From the human T2T-CHM13v2.0 reference genome, Homo sapiens: a stretch of 64,000 nt of DNA. The notes under the pieces were generated by a model. That model did not search any database and was not told the origin of the DNA. It saw only the letters and a program-made list of their open reading frames with translations. Location of the stretch: assembly GCF_009914755.1 (NCBI RefSeq), contig NC_060928.1; one strand, written 5' to 3'. Both the position numbers and the translations under genes were made by a program. Below are positions 62,321 through 64,000 of the stretch, piece after piece; within the stretch, counting starts at the first letter, position 1; each line of letters starts with the position of its first letter.

Positions 62321-63390
62321 TATCGGGGAATTGGCCCTGATATTCACGTAAGTTCTTTTCTATTTTCCTTAAGCGTTGGCCAGCTTGAGAAATAAAGGGA
62401 CAGAGTACAAAAGAGAGAAATTTTAAAGCTGGGCATCCAGGGGAGACATCACATGTCAGTAGGTTCTGTGATGCCCCACAAGCCACAAAAACTAGCAAGT
62501 TTTTATTAGGGATTTTCAAAAGGGGAGGGAGTGTGCAAATAGGTGTGGGTCACAGACATCAAGTACTTTACAAGGTAATAGAATATCACAAGGCAAGTGG
62601 AGGCAGGGTGAGATCACAGGACCACAGGACGGATGCAAAATTAAAATTGCTAATGAAGTTTCGGGCACCATTGTCATTGATAACATCTTATCAGGAGACA
62701 GGGTTTTTGAGATCAACTGGTCTGACCAAAATTTATTAGGCGGGAATTTCCTCTTCCTAATAAGCCTGGGAGCCCTGTGGGAGACTGAGGTCTATTTCAC
62801 CCCTGCAGTCTCTACCATAAGAGACGGCTATGCCCAGGGGGGCCATTCATAGGCCTACCCCCAGGCGCGCATTCTCTTTCTCAGAGATGTTTCTTGCTGA
62901 GAAAACGAATTCCGCGATATTTCTCCCATTTGCTTTTGAAAGAAGAGAAATATGGCTCTGTTCCACCCAGATCACCGGTGGTCAGAGTTTAAGGTTATCT
63001 CTCTTATTCCCTGAACAATTGCTGTTATCCTGTTCTTTTTTCAAGGTGCCCAGACTTCATATTACTCAAACACACATGCTGTACAATTTGTGCAGTTAAT
63101 GCAATTATTACAGGGTCCTGAGGTGACATGCATCCTCCTCAGCTGACAGGATTAAGAGATTAAAGTAAAGACAGGCATAGGAAATCACAAGGGTATTGAT
63201 TGGGGAAGTGATAAGTGTCCATGAAATCTTTACAATTTATGTTTAGAGATTGCAGTAAAGACAGGCATAAGAAATTATAAAAGGATTAATTTGGGGAACT
63301 AATAAATGTCCATGAAATCTTCACAATCCATGTTCTTCTGCCATGGCTTCAGCCAGTCCCTCTGTTTGGGGTCCCTGACTTCCTGCAACA
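62321..63390 (-). mobile_element. MER11 (MER11C-length) solo LTR, ERVK/HML-8
   Basis: Minus strand TGTTGCAGGAAGTCAGGGACCCC ... CCCCGATA. 1070 bp with an internal tandem repeat and an exact 6-bp TSD CATGTG. Confidence 0.93.
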
Positions 63391-63754
63391 CATGTGGGCC
63401 TACCTTTAATCAACAAAATGACTATCAAGTCTTATAACATGATACTTTTTTTCCTCAATTTTAAGAAAAATAAAAATGAACAAACAAAAACTATGATTGC
63501 CATTAATGGTATTACTCTTAGAGGATGTGCTGAATCATATATCACCCTTGATGTTGAGAGCATTATTCTTGTAGCAAGCCAGACTGGGAACTGCATTTGG
63601 ACTTCCATGTTTTACATCTTGAACAGTTGCTTTTATTGGAATTTTCTATGGCATCATATATTCAACTTGGATTGAGGAAGGCTGTAGAACCTATTATATT
63701 AAATTTGCCTTGATAATCATTATATGGATTTGTAAAGCATACTGCCTTCTACAT

Positions 63755-64000
63755 CAGTAGTCCCCACCCTTTTTGGTATCAGGGACTGGTTGACAGGAAG
63801 ATAATTTTTCCACAGATCTGGGGGAAGGGATGGGATGGTTTTGGGATGAAACTGTTCCACCTCAGATTATCAGGCATTAGGTAGATTCTCATAAGGAATG
63901 TACAACCCAGATGATACCTTGCAAGCGCAGCTCACAATAGGGTTCAGGTTTCTGAGAGAATCTAACACCGCCGCTGATCTGACAGGAGGTGGAGCTCAGG
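63755..64000 (+). mobile_element. MER1B (hAT-Charlie), running off the window end
   Basis: CAGTAGTCCCCACCCTTTTTGGTATCAGGGACTGG ... GAAACTGTTCCACCTCAGAT ... GCCGCTGATCTGACAGGAGG. Confidence 0.9.

Noticed and set aside
62516-63099. Cluster of ORFs on both strands
   Set aside because: All lie inside the MER11 LTR and are non-coding.

Overview
AT-rich human genomic DNA. Species is inferred from a near-consensus AluYb8, a human-specific subfamily. I can support no host protein-coding gene. Most listed ORFs are repeat-derived or chance frames, and the longest (18337-19437) is the C-terminus of L1 ORF2. Much of the window is nested transposable elements: a decayed ERVL provirus, several L1s (one 5'-inverted, with a younger L1PA inside it), Alus, solo LTRs (MER41C, MER11, MLT2A1, MER34, MER4-group, MLT1), Tigger3b, MER1B and old L2/L3/MIR fragments. 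It also holds a tailless 7SK retropseudogene and an 82-bp minisatellite. The most interesting signal is at about 25.9-26.7 kb: a ~250-bp-arm imperfect inverted repeat that no repeat family I recognise explains. Its arms translate into a peptide resembling the C-terminal part of bornavirus glycoprotein G, and it has a decayed poly(A) tail and a candidate target-site duplication (TSD). This makes it a candidate endogenous bornavirus-like G (EBLG) element present as two head-to-head copies. Repeat subfamily calls and the viral comparison come from my memory of consensus sequences, not database searches. Boundaries of old elements are approximate.
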